From the NCBI GenBank assembly GCA_963785725.1, contig CAWAWS010000026.1, positions 96,001-160,000 on the forward strand: a stretch of DNA of 64,000 nt, in the 5' to 3' direction. The position numbers were made by a program, and so were the translations under genes. Origin of the DNA: an uncultured delta proteobacterium. GTDB lineage: Bacteria > Myxococcota_A > Polyangia > Palsa-1104. Below, in pieces: positions 51,760 to 62,749 of this stretch (its first letter is position 1; the number at the start of each line of letters is the position of its first letter). Under the pieces are notes generated by a model. It did no database searches and was not told the origin of the DNA. It saw only the letters and a list, made by a program, of their open reading frames with translations.

Positions 51760-54459
51760 GTGTCGGAGACGAGAAATAGCTCGAATTCTGGTTTGATCGC
51801 GCTGCCGCCCGAAGCGCAGCTGTCGGTATCGGCGCCGCACAAGGTGACGATGCCGCTCATCGGCCGCGTGAACGAGCTGGCCGAGCTCGATGGCATCTTC
51901 GCGCGCGCCGTCGAATATCAGGCGCCGCAGCTCGTCACCGTCGTCGGCACGCAAGGCACGGGCAAGACGCGCCTCGTCGCCGAGTGGCTGAGCAAGCTGC
52001 TGGCGCGGCAAGCCGCCGGCACGGCCGGGCGACCGCGCGTCTATCGCGGTCGCGCCGTCGCCGGCTCGGGCAGCTACGCGCTCATCACCCGCCTGTTGCG
52101 CGACCGCTTCGCCATCGTCGAGGCCGAGGACGAGGCGCGACGACTGGATAAGGTGCGGACGCAGCTGGCCGGCGTCTTTGCCGACCGCCGCATGGCCGAG
52201 GTCATCCACTTCCTCGGCCGCTACCTCGACCTACACATCGGCGAGAATGCGTTCATTCGCGCCATCTCGCTGTCGGACGATCCGCGGCAGGAAGATCGCA
52301 TCGCGCGCACGGTCCTGCGTCGCTTCTTGGAGCTCGACGCCGAGCGCACGCCGCTCGTCTTGGCCTTCGACGACCTCCATCTGGCCGATGACGACTCGCT
52401 GACGCTCTTGTCGGAGCTGGCCGAAGGGCTGGTCGGCTCGTCGGTGTTGATGGTGGCGGCGGCGCGGCCGGAGCTGTTCATCCGTCGCCCCGGCTGGGGC
52501 ACCGGCGGCGCCGATCACACGCGCCTCGACCTCGCGCCGTTGACGAACGCCGACAGCGAGAAGCTCTTGCGCGGCCTGCTCGTGCGCGCCGAGCCGCTGC
52601 CGGTCGAGCTCATCGAGGACGCCTGCGAGCTGACGCGCGGCAATCCGTTCTTCATCGAAGAGTTGGTGCGCGTCTTTCACGCCAACGGCACGCTGACGGT
52701 GCAAGGCGACAAATGGCGCATCGATCCGGTGCGCGCGCTCGAGGCGACGCTGCCGATGAGCGTCGAAGAGGCGATTCAGGCGCGCATCGCGTCGCTGTCC
52801 AAGCAAGAGCGCGATCTGCTGGAGAAGGCGGCGACGCTGGGCAGCGTGTTCTGGCTGGGCGCGCTCGTCGTCCTACAGCGGCTCGACGCCGAAGCCGGTC
52901 CGCGGACGTTCTCGATCGAAGATCGCGCGCGCATCGAGGCCATGCTCGAGGAGCTGGTCGAGCGGGATTATCTGCTGAAAATGCCCGATTCGACGGTGCC
53001 GGGCGACGCCGAGTACATCTTCAAGCACAACTTGGAGCACGACCTGGTCTTGAAGCTCGTGCCCGCCGACCGCGCGCGCCGCTATTATCGCGCCGCCGCC
53101 GAGTGGCTGGAGACGCGGCTGCCCGAAGATGCCGACGAGCAGACCGGCGAGCAGGTCGAGCACCAGGCGACGCTTTACTCCAAAGGCGGCAACCGCGCGC
53201 GCGCCGCCGAGCGCTACATCGCGGCGGCGTCGAAGGCGCGCGATCGCTACGCCAACGAAGCCGCAGCCGATCTGTATGCGCGCGGCCTCGAGCACTTGGA
53301 GGCCGAGGATTTGTTGGCGCGCATCGAGCCGCTGCATGACTACGGCGACGTGCTGCAGCGACTCGGCCGCACCAAAGACGCGCTGGCCGCCTTCGAGCAC
53401 ATGCTGGAGGCGTCGTGGCGGCTCGATCACACGGCCAAAGCCGGCGCGGCGCACGGTCGCATCGCGCGCGCCTATCGGGCGCTCGGCGAATATGGCGAGG
53501 CCGAGGCGCACCTCGATCGCGCGCTCGTGCTCTTTCGCGCCGCCGGCGATGCGCGCGGCGTCGCCGGCGTCGAGGATGACCTCGGTCGCGTGGCCTTCTT
53601 GCGCGGCGCCTATCCGCAAGCGCTCGAGCGGCACAGCCACGCGCTCGATCTGCGCCGCGCGCTGGCGGGCGTGCCGTCGCCGTTCGCGCAGGCCGATCAA
53701 CGCTCGCTGGCGCTGTCGCTGCATAATCTGGCGCTCGTGCATCAGGCCTCGGGCGCGGAGGCGGAGGCGATGGCGCGCTTCTCCGAGGCGCTGGCGATTC
53801 GGCGCGAGATCGGCGATCGACCCGGCGTCGTCCAGTCGCTGCACGCGGTGGCGGCGGCGTGGCGCGATCGCGGCGACATCCAGCGCAGCTTCGACGTGCT
53901 CTCCGAAGGGCTCGTCCTCGCGCAGGAGATCGGCGATCGGCTGGAGCAGGCGGCGATCTTGACGCGCATGGGCGAGGCGCTCTTCAAGCTGCACCGCGAT
54001 CCCGAGGCGTCGCAGCATCTGTCGCGCGCGAGCGAGCTGGCGCAGTCGTTCGGCGATCGGCTGCTGCAGTCGGAGTCGTCGCGCATCCTGGCCGAGGTGC
54101 TGCTCGAGATGGGGGACCTCAAAGAGGCGCGTGACGAGGCGCGACGGGCGCTGGAGCTGGCCGAGAAAGTGGGCTCGCGCCCTTACGTCGGCATGGCCCA
54201 TCGCGTGCTCGGGACGATCTTGGGGCGCGGCGGCATCAGCGACGAGGACAAGGCCGACGCCGATCAGCACTTGCAGCAGTCGATCGAGATCTTGGGCGAG
54301 GTCGGCTACGAGAGCGAGCTCGGCCGTTCCTACCAGAGCTACGCCGACATCTTGAGCCATCGCGGCGACGACGACGGCGCGGCGACGCTGAGCGAGCGCG
54401 CCAACGAGATCAGCGATCGGCAAGGCCCGAAAGTCCCGCCCTTGTTCAATCCAAGCTAG
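51760..54459 (+). CDS. STAND-like AAA ATPase with C-terminal TPR repeats
   Basis: LIGR..EL, Walker A GTQGTGKT, Walker B LAFDDLH, GNPFFIEE, YIFKH, TPRs. Confidence 0.85.
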   Translation: MSETRNSSNSGLIALPPEAQLSVSAPHKVTMPLIGRVNELAELDGIFARAVEYQAPQLVTVVGTQGTGKTRLVAEWLSKLLARQAAGTAGRPRVYRGRAVAGSGSYALITRLLRDRFAIVEAEDEARRLDKVRTQLAGVFADRRMAEVIHFLGRYLDLHIGENAFIRAISLSDDPRQEDRIARTVLRRFLELDAERTPLVLAFDDLHLADDDSLTLLSELAEGLVGSSVLMVAAARPELFIRRPGWGTGGADHTRLDLAPLTNADSEKLLRGLLVRAEPLPVELIEDACELTRGNPFFIEELVRVFHANGTLTVQGDKWRIDPVRALEATLPMSVEEAIQARIASLSKQERDLLEKAATLGSVFWLGALVVLQRLDAEAGPRTFSIEDRARIEAMLEELVERDYLLKMPDSTVPGDAEYIFKHNLEHDLVLKLVPADRARRYYRAAAEWLETRLPEDADEQTGEQVEHQATLYSKGGNRARAAERYIAAASKARDRYANEAAADLYARGLEHLEAEDLLARIEPLHDYGDVLQRLGRTKDALAAFEHMLEASWRLDHTAKAGAAHGRIARAYRALGEYGEAEAHLDRALVLFRAAGDARGVAGVEDDLGRVAFLRGAYPQALERHSHALDLRRALAGVPSPFAQADQRSLALSLHNLALVHQASGAEAEAMARFSEALAIRREIGDRPGVVQSLHAVAAAWRDRGDIQRSFDVLSEGLVLAQEIGDRLEQAAILTRMGEALFKLHRDPEASQHLSRASELAQSFGDRLLQSESSRILAEVLLEMGDLKEARDEARRALELAEKVGSRPYVGMAHRVLGTILGRGGISDEDKADADQHLQQSIEILGEVGYESELGRSYQSYADILSHRGDDDGAATLSERANEISDRQGPKVPPLFNPS

Positions 54460-54556
54460 CGCGTGATCGCGGTCATGCCGCGGGGAGCCCCAAAGGGCCG
54501 CCTCACGCCGTTGGGGATGCAGGATCGGGCGCGCTGATTTAGACTGCCAGCGAGCC

Positions 54557-55993
54557 ATGGCCGAACACGAGACCACCGCCGGCGAAGCGACCGCGCCGCT
54601 GCCGGTTCCCGACGATGTCGTCGATCTGTGCAAGAAGCTGCGTCACGCCGGCCACGAAGCCTGGCTCGTCGGCGGCGCCGTGCGCGATCTGCTGCGCGGC
54701 CTGCCCGCCAAGGACTACGACGTCGCGACGTCGGCCAAGCCGAGCGAGGTCAGCGCCGTTTTCGGCAAGAAACGGACGATTCCGACGGGCGAGAAGCATG
54801 GCACCGTCACCGTCTTGACCGAGCGCGACGGCGAAAAGGCGCAGGTCGAGGTCACGACCTACCGCGGCGAGGGCGCCTACAGCGACGGGCGGCGACCGGA
54901 CGCCATCACCTTCGTCAATTCGCTCGACGAGGACTTGAAGCGCCGCGACTTTACGATGAACGCCATCGCCTACGATCCGTTGGCCGTGCGGCTGGCCGAT
55001 CCCTATGGCGGACGGCGCGATCTGGCCGACCGGCGCATCCGCGCCGTCGGCGAGCCGCTCGAGCGTTTTCGCGAGGACGGCCTGCGCGCGATGCGGGCGG
55101 TGCGCTTCGCGGCGCAGCATGAGTTCGCGATCGATCCGCCCACCGAGCTCGCCATTGCGCAGGCGCTCGACGTCTTTGCCAAAGTGTCGGCCGAGCGCGT
55201 GCGCGACGAGCTGCTCAAGATCCTCCTGTCGCGGCGACCGTCGATCGGGCTCGAGCTCATGCGCACGACGGGCCTCCTCGGACGCACGATTCCCGAGCTG
55301 CTCGAAGGCGTCGGCTTCCATCAGAACCGCCACCACGCGCACGACGTCTGGGGCCACACGCTCGCCGCCGTCGACGCGACGACGCTCGGCGGCGATCCGC
55401 CGTGGCTCGTGCGCTTCGCGGCGCTCATGCACGACGTGGCCAAGCCGCGCACCGCCGGCGACAAGCCGGACGCGCCGGGCGAGCGCACGTTCTATCGTCA
55501 CGAGCATGTCGGCGCCGGCATGGCCGACGACATCACGCGCCGCCTCAAGCTGTCGGTCAAAGAGCGCGAGACCATCGTCAACTTGGTTGGCAACCACATG
55601 TTCTGGTACTCCGCCGAGTGGAGCGACGGCACCGTGCGCCGCTTCATCAGCCGCGTCGGCTCGGACCAGCTCGAAGGGCTGTTCGCGCTGCGCGAAGGCG
55701 ACGTGCGCGCCCGCGGTCGCGGCGAGAGCCCCGGCGTCGAGTTGGACGAGCTCAAGGCGCGCATCGCCGCCGAGATCGCCAAGTCGTCGGCGCTCAGCAT
55801 CGGCGACCTGGCCGTCGGTGGCGCCGACGTCATGGAGGTGCTCGGCGTGCCGCCCGGCCGCGTCATCGGCGACGTCCTGCGGCGCCTGCTCGAGCGCGTC
55901 CTCGACGACGATTCGCTCAACGACAAGGCGACGCTGCGGGCGATGATTCCGGCGGCGGCGGCGGAAGCGGGCGTTCCCGGCGCCAAGGCGTGA
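54557..55993 (+). CDS. cca: CCA tRNA nucleotidyltransferase (class II) with HD domain
   Basis: VGGAVRD...DYD, RRDFTMNA, EDGLRAMR, SAER, HDVAKP. Confidence 0.85.
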   Translation: MAEHETTAGEATAPLPVPDDVVDLCKKLRHAGHEAWLVGGAVRDLLRGLPAKDYDVATSAKPSEVSAVFGKKRTIPTGEKHGTVTVLTERDGEKAQVEVTTYRGEGAYSDGRRPDAITFVNSLDEDLKRRDFTMNAIAYDPLAVRLADPYGGRRDLADRRIRAVGEPLERFREDGLRAMRAVRFAAQHEFAIDPPTELAIAQALDVFAKVSAERVRDELLKILLSRRPSIGLELMRTTGLLGRTIPELLEGVGFHQNRHHAHDVWGHTLAAVDATTLGGDPPWLVRFAALMHDVAKPRTAGDKPDAPGERTFYRHEHVGAGMADDITRRLKLSVKERETIVNLVGNHMFWYSAEWSDGTVRRFISRVGSDQLEGLFALREGDVRARGRGESPGVELDELKARIAAEIAKSSALSIGDLAVGGADVMEVLGVPPGRVIGDVLRRLLERVLDDDSLNDKATLRAMIPAAAAEAGVPGAKA

Positions 55994-57884
55994 ACGGCCC
56001 GCGCGACGACTCGGCCGACGGCGACGACGTCGCGCGCGCGCTCGCGGCCGCCGGCGACGTCGAGCGCTTCTTGTCCGCCGCCGGCGACGTCGAGCATTTC
56101 TCGGCCGAGCCGGTGCCGCGCGCGCTGCTCGAAGGTATCGTCGACGCCGCCACCGCCTGGCGTCCGCCGCGTTTTCAACAGCCGCCCGCGCGCGTGCTCA
56201 TCGTCGTCGGCGACGAGCGCGAGCGGCTGATCGCGCGGCTCTCGGAGGCGCTCGGCCGTCATTGGGGCACCGGCAGCGCGCCGCGCGGCCTCGGTCCCGC
56301 GTCGGTGCTGGCGGCGCCGGCGCTGGTGCTCGTGTTCTCGACCGGCTTGCCGTCGGAGGGCAACGAAGCCTTCGGCGTCGTCGCCGCCGCCGTGCAAAAC
56401 CTGGTGCTGATGGCGACGGCGGCCGGCCTCGGCAGCCATCGCATCGCCGCCGCGCATGCCGTGTCCGAAGCCGCGCTCGACTACGCCGCCGAGTTTCTCG
56501 GTCCGCAGGTGCGTGGCGGCGATCTGGCAACTTTGTTGGCGGTCGGCTGGCCCGAAGGCGAAGCGCCGCCGCGCGTGCCGCTCGCTCGGCGTGCGTCCGG
56601 TGTGGGCCGGCGCCGGTCCGCCGCTCGACGAGATGCCGTCGACGCCGTCCGACGACTTGCGCCCGCCCGCCGAAGTCTTGCGCGCCCGCGAACGCGAGCG
56701 GGTCATGGTCGTCGATCCGTATCCCTACAACCGCGCGAACTTGGAGGCGCAGCTCGTCCGCGCCGGCTACGAAGTCGAGGTGTTCTCCGACGGCACGTCG
56801 CTGTGGGCGCGCGTGCAGGCGAGCGGTCCGCCGGCGCTGTACATCGTGTCCGACACGCTGCCGGACACGCACGGCTTCGAGCTGGTGCGCCGGCTGACCG
56901 GCGGCGGCCAAGACAAGCGCGCGCCGGTGATGGTCACGGCGGCGCGGCGCGACTCGGCGTTTCGCGTGGCCGGCTTGGCCGCCGGCGTCGACTATTATCT
57001 GCGTAAGCCGGTCAACGGCGTCGAGCTGTTCACGGCCGCGCGCATCCTGCTCGATCGCCATCGGCTCGTCGAGGATCTGCGTCGCGCCAACAGCGAGCTC
57101 GAGCGGCTGCTCGTCGAATTGCGGGCGACCCAAGCGCGGCTCGTGCAGCACGCCAAGATGGCCGCGCTCGGGCAACTCGTCGCCGGCGTCGCGCACGAGA
57201 TCAACACGCCGCTGGCCGCCGTCGTGAACAACAACGATCTGTTCCTGCGCATCTTTGCGCGCATGCGGCAAGGGCGCATCGAAGAGCGCGACCTGGCCGC
57301 GATCGAGGACCTGTCGAAGGTGACGCGGCTGGCCTGCGCGCGCATGAGCGACATCGTGCGCACGCTGCGGACGTTCGCGCGGCTCGACGAGGCCGACGTC
57401 AAATCGGTCGATCTGCGCGAGGGCCTCGAGTCGACGCTGGTGCTCATCGCGCACCTGACCAAGAGCGGCATCGCCGTCGAGCGTCGTTACGGCGAGCTGC
57501 CGCGCGTCGAATGCCACCCGAACCAGATCAACCAAGTGTTCATGAACTTGTGCGTCAACGCCTGCCAGGCGATGGGCGAGCGCGGCACGCTGACGATCAC
57601 GACGCGCGTCGTCGACGAAGGCGCCGTCGAAGTGCGCATCCGCGACACCGGCGCCGGCATCGCCGCAAGACAAATTGCCGCGCATCTTCGATCCCGGCTT
57701 TACGACCAAGGGCGCGCTCTTCGGCACCGGTCTCGGCTTGTCGATCGTCTACCAGATCGTCGTCGACGGCCACGGCGGCGAAATCGCCGTCGAGAGCGAG
57801 CCCGGCGCCGGCACCGAGTTCGCCGTCAAGCTGCCCATTCACCACCTGCGCGACGTCAGCGGCCGCCAACTCTGGTCACGCTGA
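55990..57884 (+). CDS. Hybrid sensor kinase: nitroreductase-like domain + pseudo-receiver + HisKA/HATPase (frameshifts near 56585 and 57665)
   Basis: AAVQNLVLMATAAGLGS...LAVGWP; receiver-like segment; AHEINTPL, NACQAM, DTGAG, FTTK..GTGLGL across three frames. Confidence 0.7.
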
Positions 57885-57958
57885 CGCGCTACGCGGCCCC
57901 GTTCGTTTACGGTCGGATGCGAGCCTGCCGGCAGAAGGCGATCCGGCCGTAAAGCGGC

Positions 57959-58756
57959 TCAGGGAAACTGCAAGGTCAGCCGCGGCGGCGTCAGGAGTCG
58001 TCGCGCGTCGCGCAGGCGGTCGGCGTCCATGGCGATGATGAACCAGCCGGGCAGCGGCCCGTCGACGGCGTGCGGCGGGCCGACCAGGCGCACTTGGCCG
58101 CGCGAGGCCTGCACGGTCCAGCGATAGTCGACGCGCGCGACCGGCCGATGCAGCGTCTCGTGCTGCGGATCGGCCGCGCGGCAATAGGTCGTGTAGCTCG
58201 ACGCGACGGGCTCGGTGCAGCTCGGCTTGCCGCTCGGTCCGACGGCACAGACGAGCGTGCGCGCTTCGCATTCGTACCACTCCTCGAAGCGCGGATACTT
58301 CAGCCACGGCATCTTCCCGGGACACGTCCAGTGCACGAAGGTCCCGCGCACGACCACAGCCGCGTCGTCGGTGCCGGCGATGTCGTCGATCTCCGAGTCG
58401 TAGCGACCGCCGTTGTTCAAGAAGGACTGCAGCGCGGGCAGCTGCTGCCAGTCGGGCAGCCACCAGCCGGCGTTGGTGCGCAGCGTGAAGTCACAGGCGC
58501 CGCGCCATTGAATCACGCGCGCCTCTTGGAACGGCGACGCGACCAAGGGCGCGACACGGCCGGCGCCACAGCTGTGCGGCGGCGTCGTGCAGACCGAGCG
58601 ATCGACCTCGGGCCCGTCGCCGAGCACGGCGCGACAGAGCGCGTCGAGCGTGGCGTAGGGCCCGACCATTGGCAGCGCCACGAGCGTATCGCGCGCCGGC
58701 TCGGCCAAGCTCGGCAGCGGCAGAGCGATCGCGAGCACGAAGAGGAAGCGGCGCAT
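57959..58756 (-). CDS. Secreted Cys-containing hypothetical protein
   Basis: Signal peptide; TATGTT -10 element 8 nt before the ATG. Confidence 0.6.
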   Translation of the reverse strand: MRRFLFVLAIALPLPSLAEPARDTLVALPMVGPYATLDALCRAVLGDGPEVDRSVCTTPPHSCGAGRVAPLVASPFQEARVIQWRGACDFTLRTNAGWWLPDWQQLPALQSFLNNGGRYDSEIDDIAGTDDAAVVVRGTFVHWTCPGKMPWLKYPRFEEWYECEARTLVCAVGPSGKPSCTEPVASSYTTYCRAADPQHETLHRPVARVDYRWTVQASRGQVRLVGPPHAVDGPLPGWFIIAMDADRLRDARRLLTPPRLTLQFP

Positions 58757-58825
58757 GCTGACTCAACATACGAACGCCATCAGCCACGCCTTCCTCGGCC
58801 GCGTCATCGTCGGCGCGCGGGCGAG

Positions 58826-60424
58826 CTACGTCGCGCGGCGGCCGAGCTCGCCCGTCGCCGACAGCACCGCCGGCTCGGCGCCGACGTAGAGCTCGAGCTC
58901 GAACGTCACGTCTTCGTCGGCCGCGCACGACGCCACCTTGAGCAAGAGCTCGGCGACGGCGCGCTGGTCGGCCGCGCGCCGCGCCGGAGTCGCCGCCGCC
59001 AAGGTCGCCGCGTCGGCGCGCGTCAGCGGCAAGAGCGCGCAGGCCGTGCCGATGCGCAGCGTGAGGCCGAGCCCTTTTTCGGGCGTGATCTTCACCTTCA
59101 CGCGCGGCGCTTCGGGGAAACGCTCGCGCACCATCACCGACGGCATCGGCTCCGTCGCGTCGAACGACTGCAAGAGCAGCGCGGCCAAGCGGCGCACGTC
59201 GGCCATCGTCTCGGCCACGCGCTCCTCGGTCGGCGTCGCCAAGATGCAGGGCACACCAATCTGCTTGGCCAGCTTGGTCGCGCCCGTCGGCGTGTTCGTC
59301 GGCGCCTGCCGCGTCACCCGCGCGCCGTAAGCCTTCAACAGGCGCTTGGCGTCGTGATCGGCGAGCGCGCCTTCGGACTCGCCGCGCACGCGACCCGCCA
59401 GCTCCTTGTCGGCGCGCGTGCGCACGCGGCCGCTCTCGGGCTCGACCGGGGGCGCCGCCAACGCCGACAAGAGCGCGCGCAGATGCTCGGGGTGGCGCAG
59501 ATCGGCGCTCAACAGCTGCACGCCGTCGACCTGCGGCACGAGCGGCTGCGGCGGCCCCACCGGCGACGAGGACGATAGGACGCGAGGCCGAGGCCGCGGC
59601 CGCCACCGCCGCGTCCAGCTCTTCGGGCGCGCGCTCGTCGACGCCGACCACCTGCGGCCACGAGACCGACGGCGCGCACCTCGTCCTCGACATAGGCGCG
59701 TCCGCCGCCGACGACGACGACTTGCACGGCCGCGCCCGGCGTCACGCCGGCGTCGAACAGCTGCACGTGCGCCAGGAACGACGAGAGGCCGCCGGGTCCT
59801 TCGACGACGACGGCGCCGGCGCGACGGGCCACGGCGCGACAGAGCGCGTCGCCGCCCCAAACCACCGCCGGCTTGGCGCCGAGCACCGCACGCAGCGACG
59901 CGCCTTGGCGCCGGCGCCGAGGACGAGCCCGATCGACGCCGTCATGACGTCGGCGTGCAGGAAGGCCAGCGCTTCGGCCGGATCGCCGTCACCGACCGAG
60001 ACAATCCACGACAGGCCGAGCCCGCGCGCCAACGCCAGCGGAGCCAAGATCGGGCAGCGCGTCGCGCGTGGGCACGACCAGCGCCACGCCGCCGGCGCGC
60101 GGCAGCGACGGCAAGCGGCGCATCGAACGGCGCCACCTGCCCGCGCACGTTGACGAAGCCGAAGCTGCGCGGACCGAGCGTGCCGGCGAAGCTGCCCAAG
60201 CCCACCGACGGCGCGTCCTCGGGCGGACGGGCGCTGCCGACCCAGGCCGCGGCATCGGCGGCGATGGCGCCGCCGTGCAGCGCCAAGTTGCGCGCCACGC
60301 GATCGCTCGACGCGCCCAGGCGAAATTCGCGCGCCGTGAGCAGCGCATACAGCGGCGTGTCGGTCGGGCCGCGCGTCGGCGGCTGCGGCTTCTCGCTCGC
60401 GCCCGGGCGACGAGCGCGCGCCAC
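58826..60424 (-). pseudogene. Degenerate acetate/acyl-CoA ligase (ADP-forming)-like gene broken into about five frames
   Basis: GLGLSWIVSVGD; LADHDAKRLLKAYG...GATKLAKQIGVP and VMVRE (ATP-grasp-like); may be one intact gene with assembly errors. Confidence 0.5.
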
Positions 60425-61123
60425 TCAGCCGTCCCCTTTGCGCGGCGTCCGTGACGGCAGGAGCCCATCGGCGCGCAGCCGAGCCACGAGCGCCGCCGCG
60501 TTCGGCAGCACCAGCGGCGGCGACGGCGGATGCATGCCCGGCGCGGCCGCCGGCGCAAAGCGGCGGCGATAGGCCAGCTCGGCCGCGCTCATCCCGACCT
60601 TCGACAGCGTCCAGCTCTCGATCTCGGCGATGGCCGCGCCCTCATGCAGCGCCGGCGGTGTGGCGTCGTCGACGATGAGGCAGATGAGCGCCGGCGGCGG
60701 GCTCGCCAGCGTGCGCACGAGCGAGCGACTGCGCCGTTGCACGCGCAGCTTGCCTTCGTGAGCGGCGACCGACAGCGCCTGACCGAGCAGCGGCAGGCCC
60801 AAGCGCTCGGCCACGGCCGGTCCGACGCAGTTGCGCCCGCGATCGCCCGCGAAGATGACCGTCGGTGTCGCGCTCGGATCGCCGACAATCGCGCGCACGG
60901 CCGCCGCCAAGACATAGGCGACGCCCAAATAATCGGCGGCGTCGAGCGAGGGATCCCACACGCGCACGAGCCGCGCGGCGCCGGCCGCTTTGGCCGCCGT
61001 CATGAGCGCGCGCGTCGCGTCGTCGTCGGCCGTGGCGGCGAGCGCCGTCGTCTCGCCCAGCGCCGCTGCCGCGCGCACGAGCGGCAGATCGGCGGCGCGC
61101 CGCAAAAGGACGACCGCGCGCAT
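60425..61123 (-). CDS. Electron transfer flavoprotein beta-like protein (divergent)
   Basis: AAGAARLVRV.D...D...VA.VLAAA, VIFAG...VGPAVAERLGLP. Confidence 0.65.
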   Translation of the reverse strand: MRAVVLLRRAADLPLVRAAAALGETTALAATADDDATRALMTAAKAAGAARLVRVWDPSLDAADYLGVAYVLAAAVRAIVGDPSATPTVIFAGDRGRNCVGPAVAERLGLPLLGQALSVAAHEGKLRVQRRSRSLVRTLASPPPALICLIVDDATPPALHEGAAIAEIESWTLSKVGMSAAELAYRRRFAPAAAPGMHPPSPPLVLPNAAALVARLRADGLLPSRTPRKGDG

Positions 61124-61983
61124 CAGCCGTCCTCGCGCAGGAGACGCGTGCATTCGCGCGCCAACGTCGCCGCGTCGCCGCTGACGACGTAGTCGACCTC
61201 GGAGTCGCCGTCGCCGAGGCGCACGCGGCGTTCGGCGGCGGGGCAGGGCGGTCCGACGGTGACGTGGAGGCGCGCCGCCGTCGCGTGCACGTCGTCGCCG
61301 GCGCCGGCCACACCGCCGAGCGCGGCCGCCAGCTCGACGGCCCACGGCTCGGCGCCGCCGTCGGACACGACGAGCGCCGCCGGCCGCGCCTCGGCGACGA
61401 CCGCCAGCTCCTCGAAGTCGGGCGATCTCCCGATCGTGGCCACGACCTCCACTTCCGCTTCATCATCGCCGGCAGCGACGGCATAGCGACCCGCCGGCAC
61501 CGTGGCGACGACCGCGAACTCCAGATCGCCGTCGAGCGCGCGGGCGTCGGCGCCGTCGCCTTCACCGAGCTGCAGCTGCCCGTCTTTGGCGTCGATCCAT
61601 GCGCGAGACAGAAACGCCGCGCCCATGCGTGCCGCCGCGCGCGCCGCCACCTCACGCGCCGCCGGCGTCAGGCCGAACAAGAGCAGCGACGGCGACAGCT
61701 GATCGCACACGGCCGACAACGGCGCGCCATGCGTGCCCCAGCGCAGCTCCTCGCAGTCGACGAGCGCCTCGGCCGTCGCCAGGATCACCTTGTCGGCGCC
61801 GTGCTTGGCCAGCTGCGCCACGAGATCGTCCTCGCTCCACGTCGGCGCTTTCGGCAGCGCGACGACGGCATACAACGTCGCGCCCAGCTCGCTGGCGATG
61901 CGCCGGCCTTGACCCAACACCTCGAGCGACACCGGCAGCGCGCGGCCATTGAACAGCTCGATCACGCACAACACATTGGCCAC
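61123..61983 (-). CDS. Electron transfer flavoprotein alpha-like protein (divergent, short C-terminus)
   Basis: VLCVIE..NG....SLE, HGADKV, REVAARAAAR. Confidence 0.65.
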   Translation of the reverse strand: MANVLCVIELFNGRALPVSLEVLGQGRRIASELGATLYAVVALPKAPTWSEDDLVAQLAKHGADKVILATAEALVDCEELRWGTHGAPLSAVCDQLSPSLLLFGLTPAAREVAARAAARMGAAFLSRAWIDAKDGQLQLGEGDGADARALDGDLEFAVVATVPAGRYAVAAGDDEAEVEVVATIGRSPDFEELAVVAEARPAALVVSDGGAEPWAVELAAALGGVAGAGDDVHATAARLHVTVGPPCPAAERRVRLGDGDSEVDYVVSGDAATLARECTRLLREDG

Positions 61984-61987
61984 TGAC

Positions 61988-62749
61988 TTATCGCGCGAGC
62001 TGTCCGCCGTCGAGGACCAGCACCGAGCCGGTCATGAACGCGGCGGCGTCCGAAGCCAAGTAGACGACGAGCGGCCCGATCTCTTCTGGCTGACCGACGC
62101 GGCGCAGCGGGATGTGCGCGACGATCTTGGGCCCGATCTTGATGTCGTCGAGGGCGCTCTTGTTGAGATCGGTGCGGAAATAGCCGGGTGCGATGGCGTT
62201 GACGGTCACGTTGTAGCGCGCCCATTCGATCGCCAGCGCCTTGGTGAACGAAATGATGGCGCCTTTGGACGCGCAATAAGCGGTCAAATCTGGCTCGCCA
62301 CCGAGGCCGGCGACGGAGCTGATGTTGACGACGGTGCCTTTGCGCTGCGCCACCATGTGCGCGCCGAACGCCCGCGCGCACAAGAAGCTGCCGATGACGT
62401 TGGTGTCGATCACGCGGCGCAGCTCGGCCAACTCCAGGTCGAGCAGCGGCGACACCGAGGCCACGCCCGAGTTGTTGACCAGCGCATCGACGCGGCCGAA
62501 CGTCGCCAGCACCAGCGACGCGGCCTCCTCGACGGAGTCTTCGTTGGCCACGTCGCAGCTGACCGCGAGCGCTTTACGCCCGTGGGTCTCTTCGATCTCG
62601 CGCGCCATCGACTCCAGCGCTTCGACCGAACGCGACAACAACGCCACGTCGGCGCCGGCTTCCGCCAACGCCCAGGCTGCGGCTGCGCCGAGCCCACGCC
62701 CACCGCCGGTTACGACGGCGACTTTCCCTTCCAGCTGATTGCCGGCCAC
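61988..62749 (-). CDS. SDR oxidoreductase (FabG/gluconate dehydrogenase-like)
   Basis: TGGGRGLG, NNSG, YCASK, VNAIAPG, DGG. Confidence 0.92.
   Translation of the reverse strand: MAGNQLEGKVAVVTGGGRGLGAAAAWALAEAGADVALLSRSVEALESMAREIEETHGRKALAVSCDVANEDSVEEAASLVLATFGRVDALVNNSGVASVSPLLDLELAELRRVIDTNVIGSFLCARAFGAHMVAQRKGTVVNISSVAGLGGEPDLTAYCASKGAIISFTKALAIEWARYNVTVNAIAPGYFRTDLNKSALDDIKIGPKIVAHIPLRRVGQPEEIGPLVVYLASDAAAFMTGSVLVLDGGQLAR

Noticed and set aside
54460..54556. CCCCAA...TTGGGG stem upstream of cca as a riboswitch or leader
   Set aside because: Short stem, single copy, no recognisable aptamer motif
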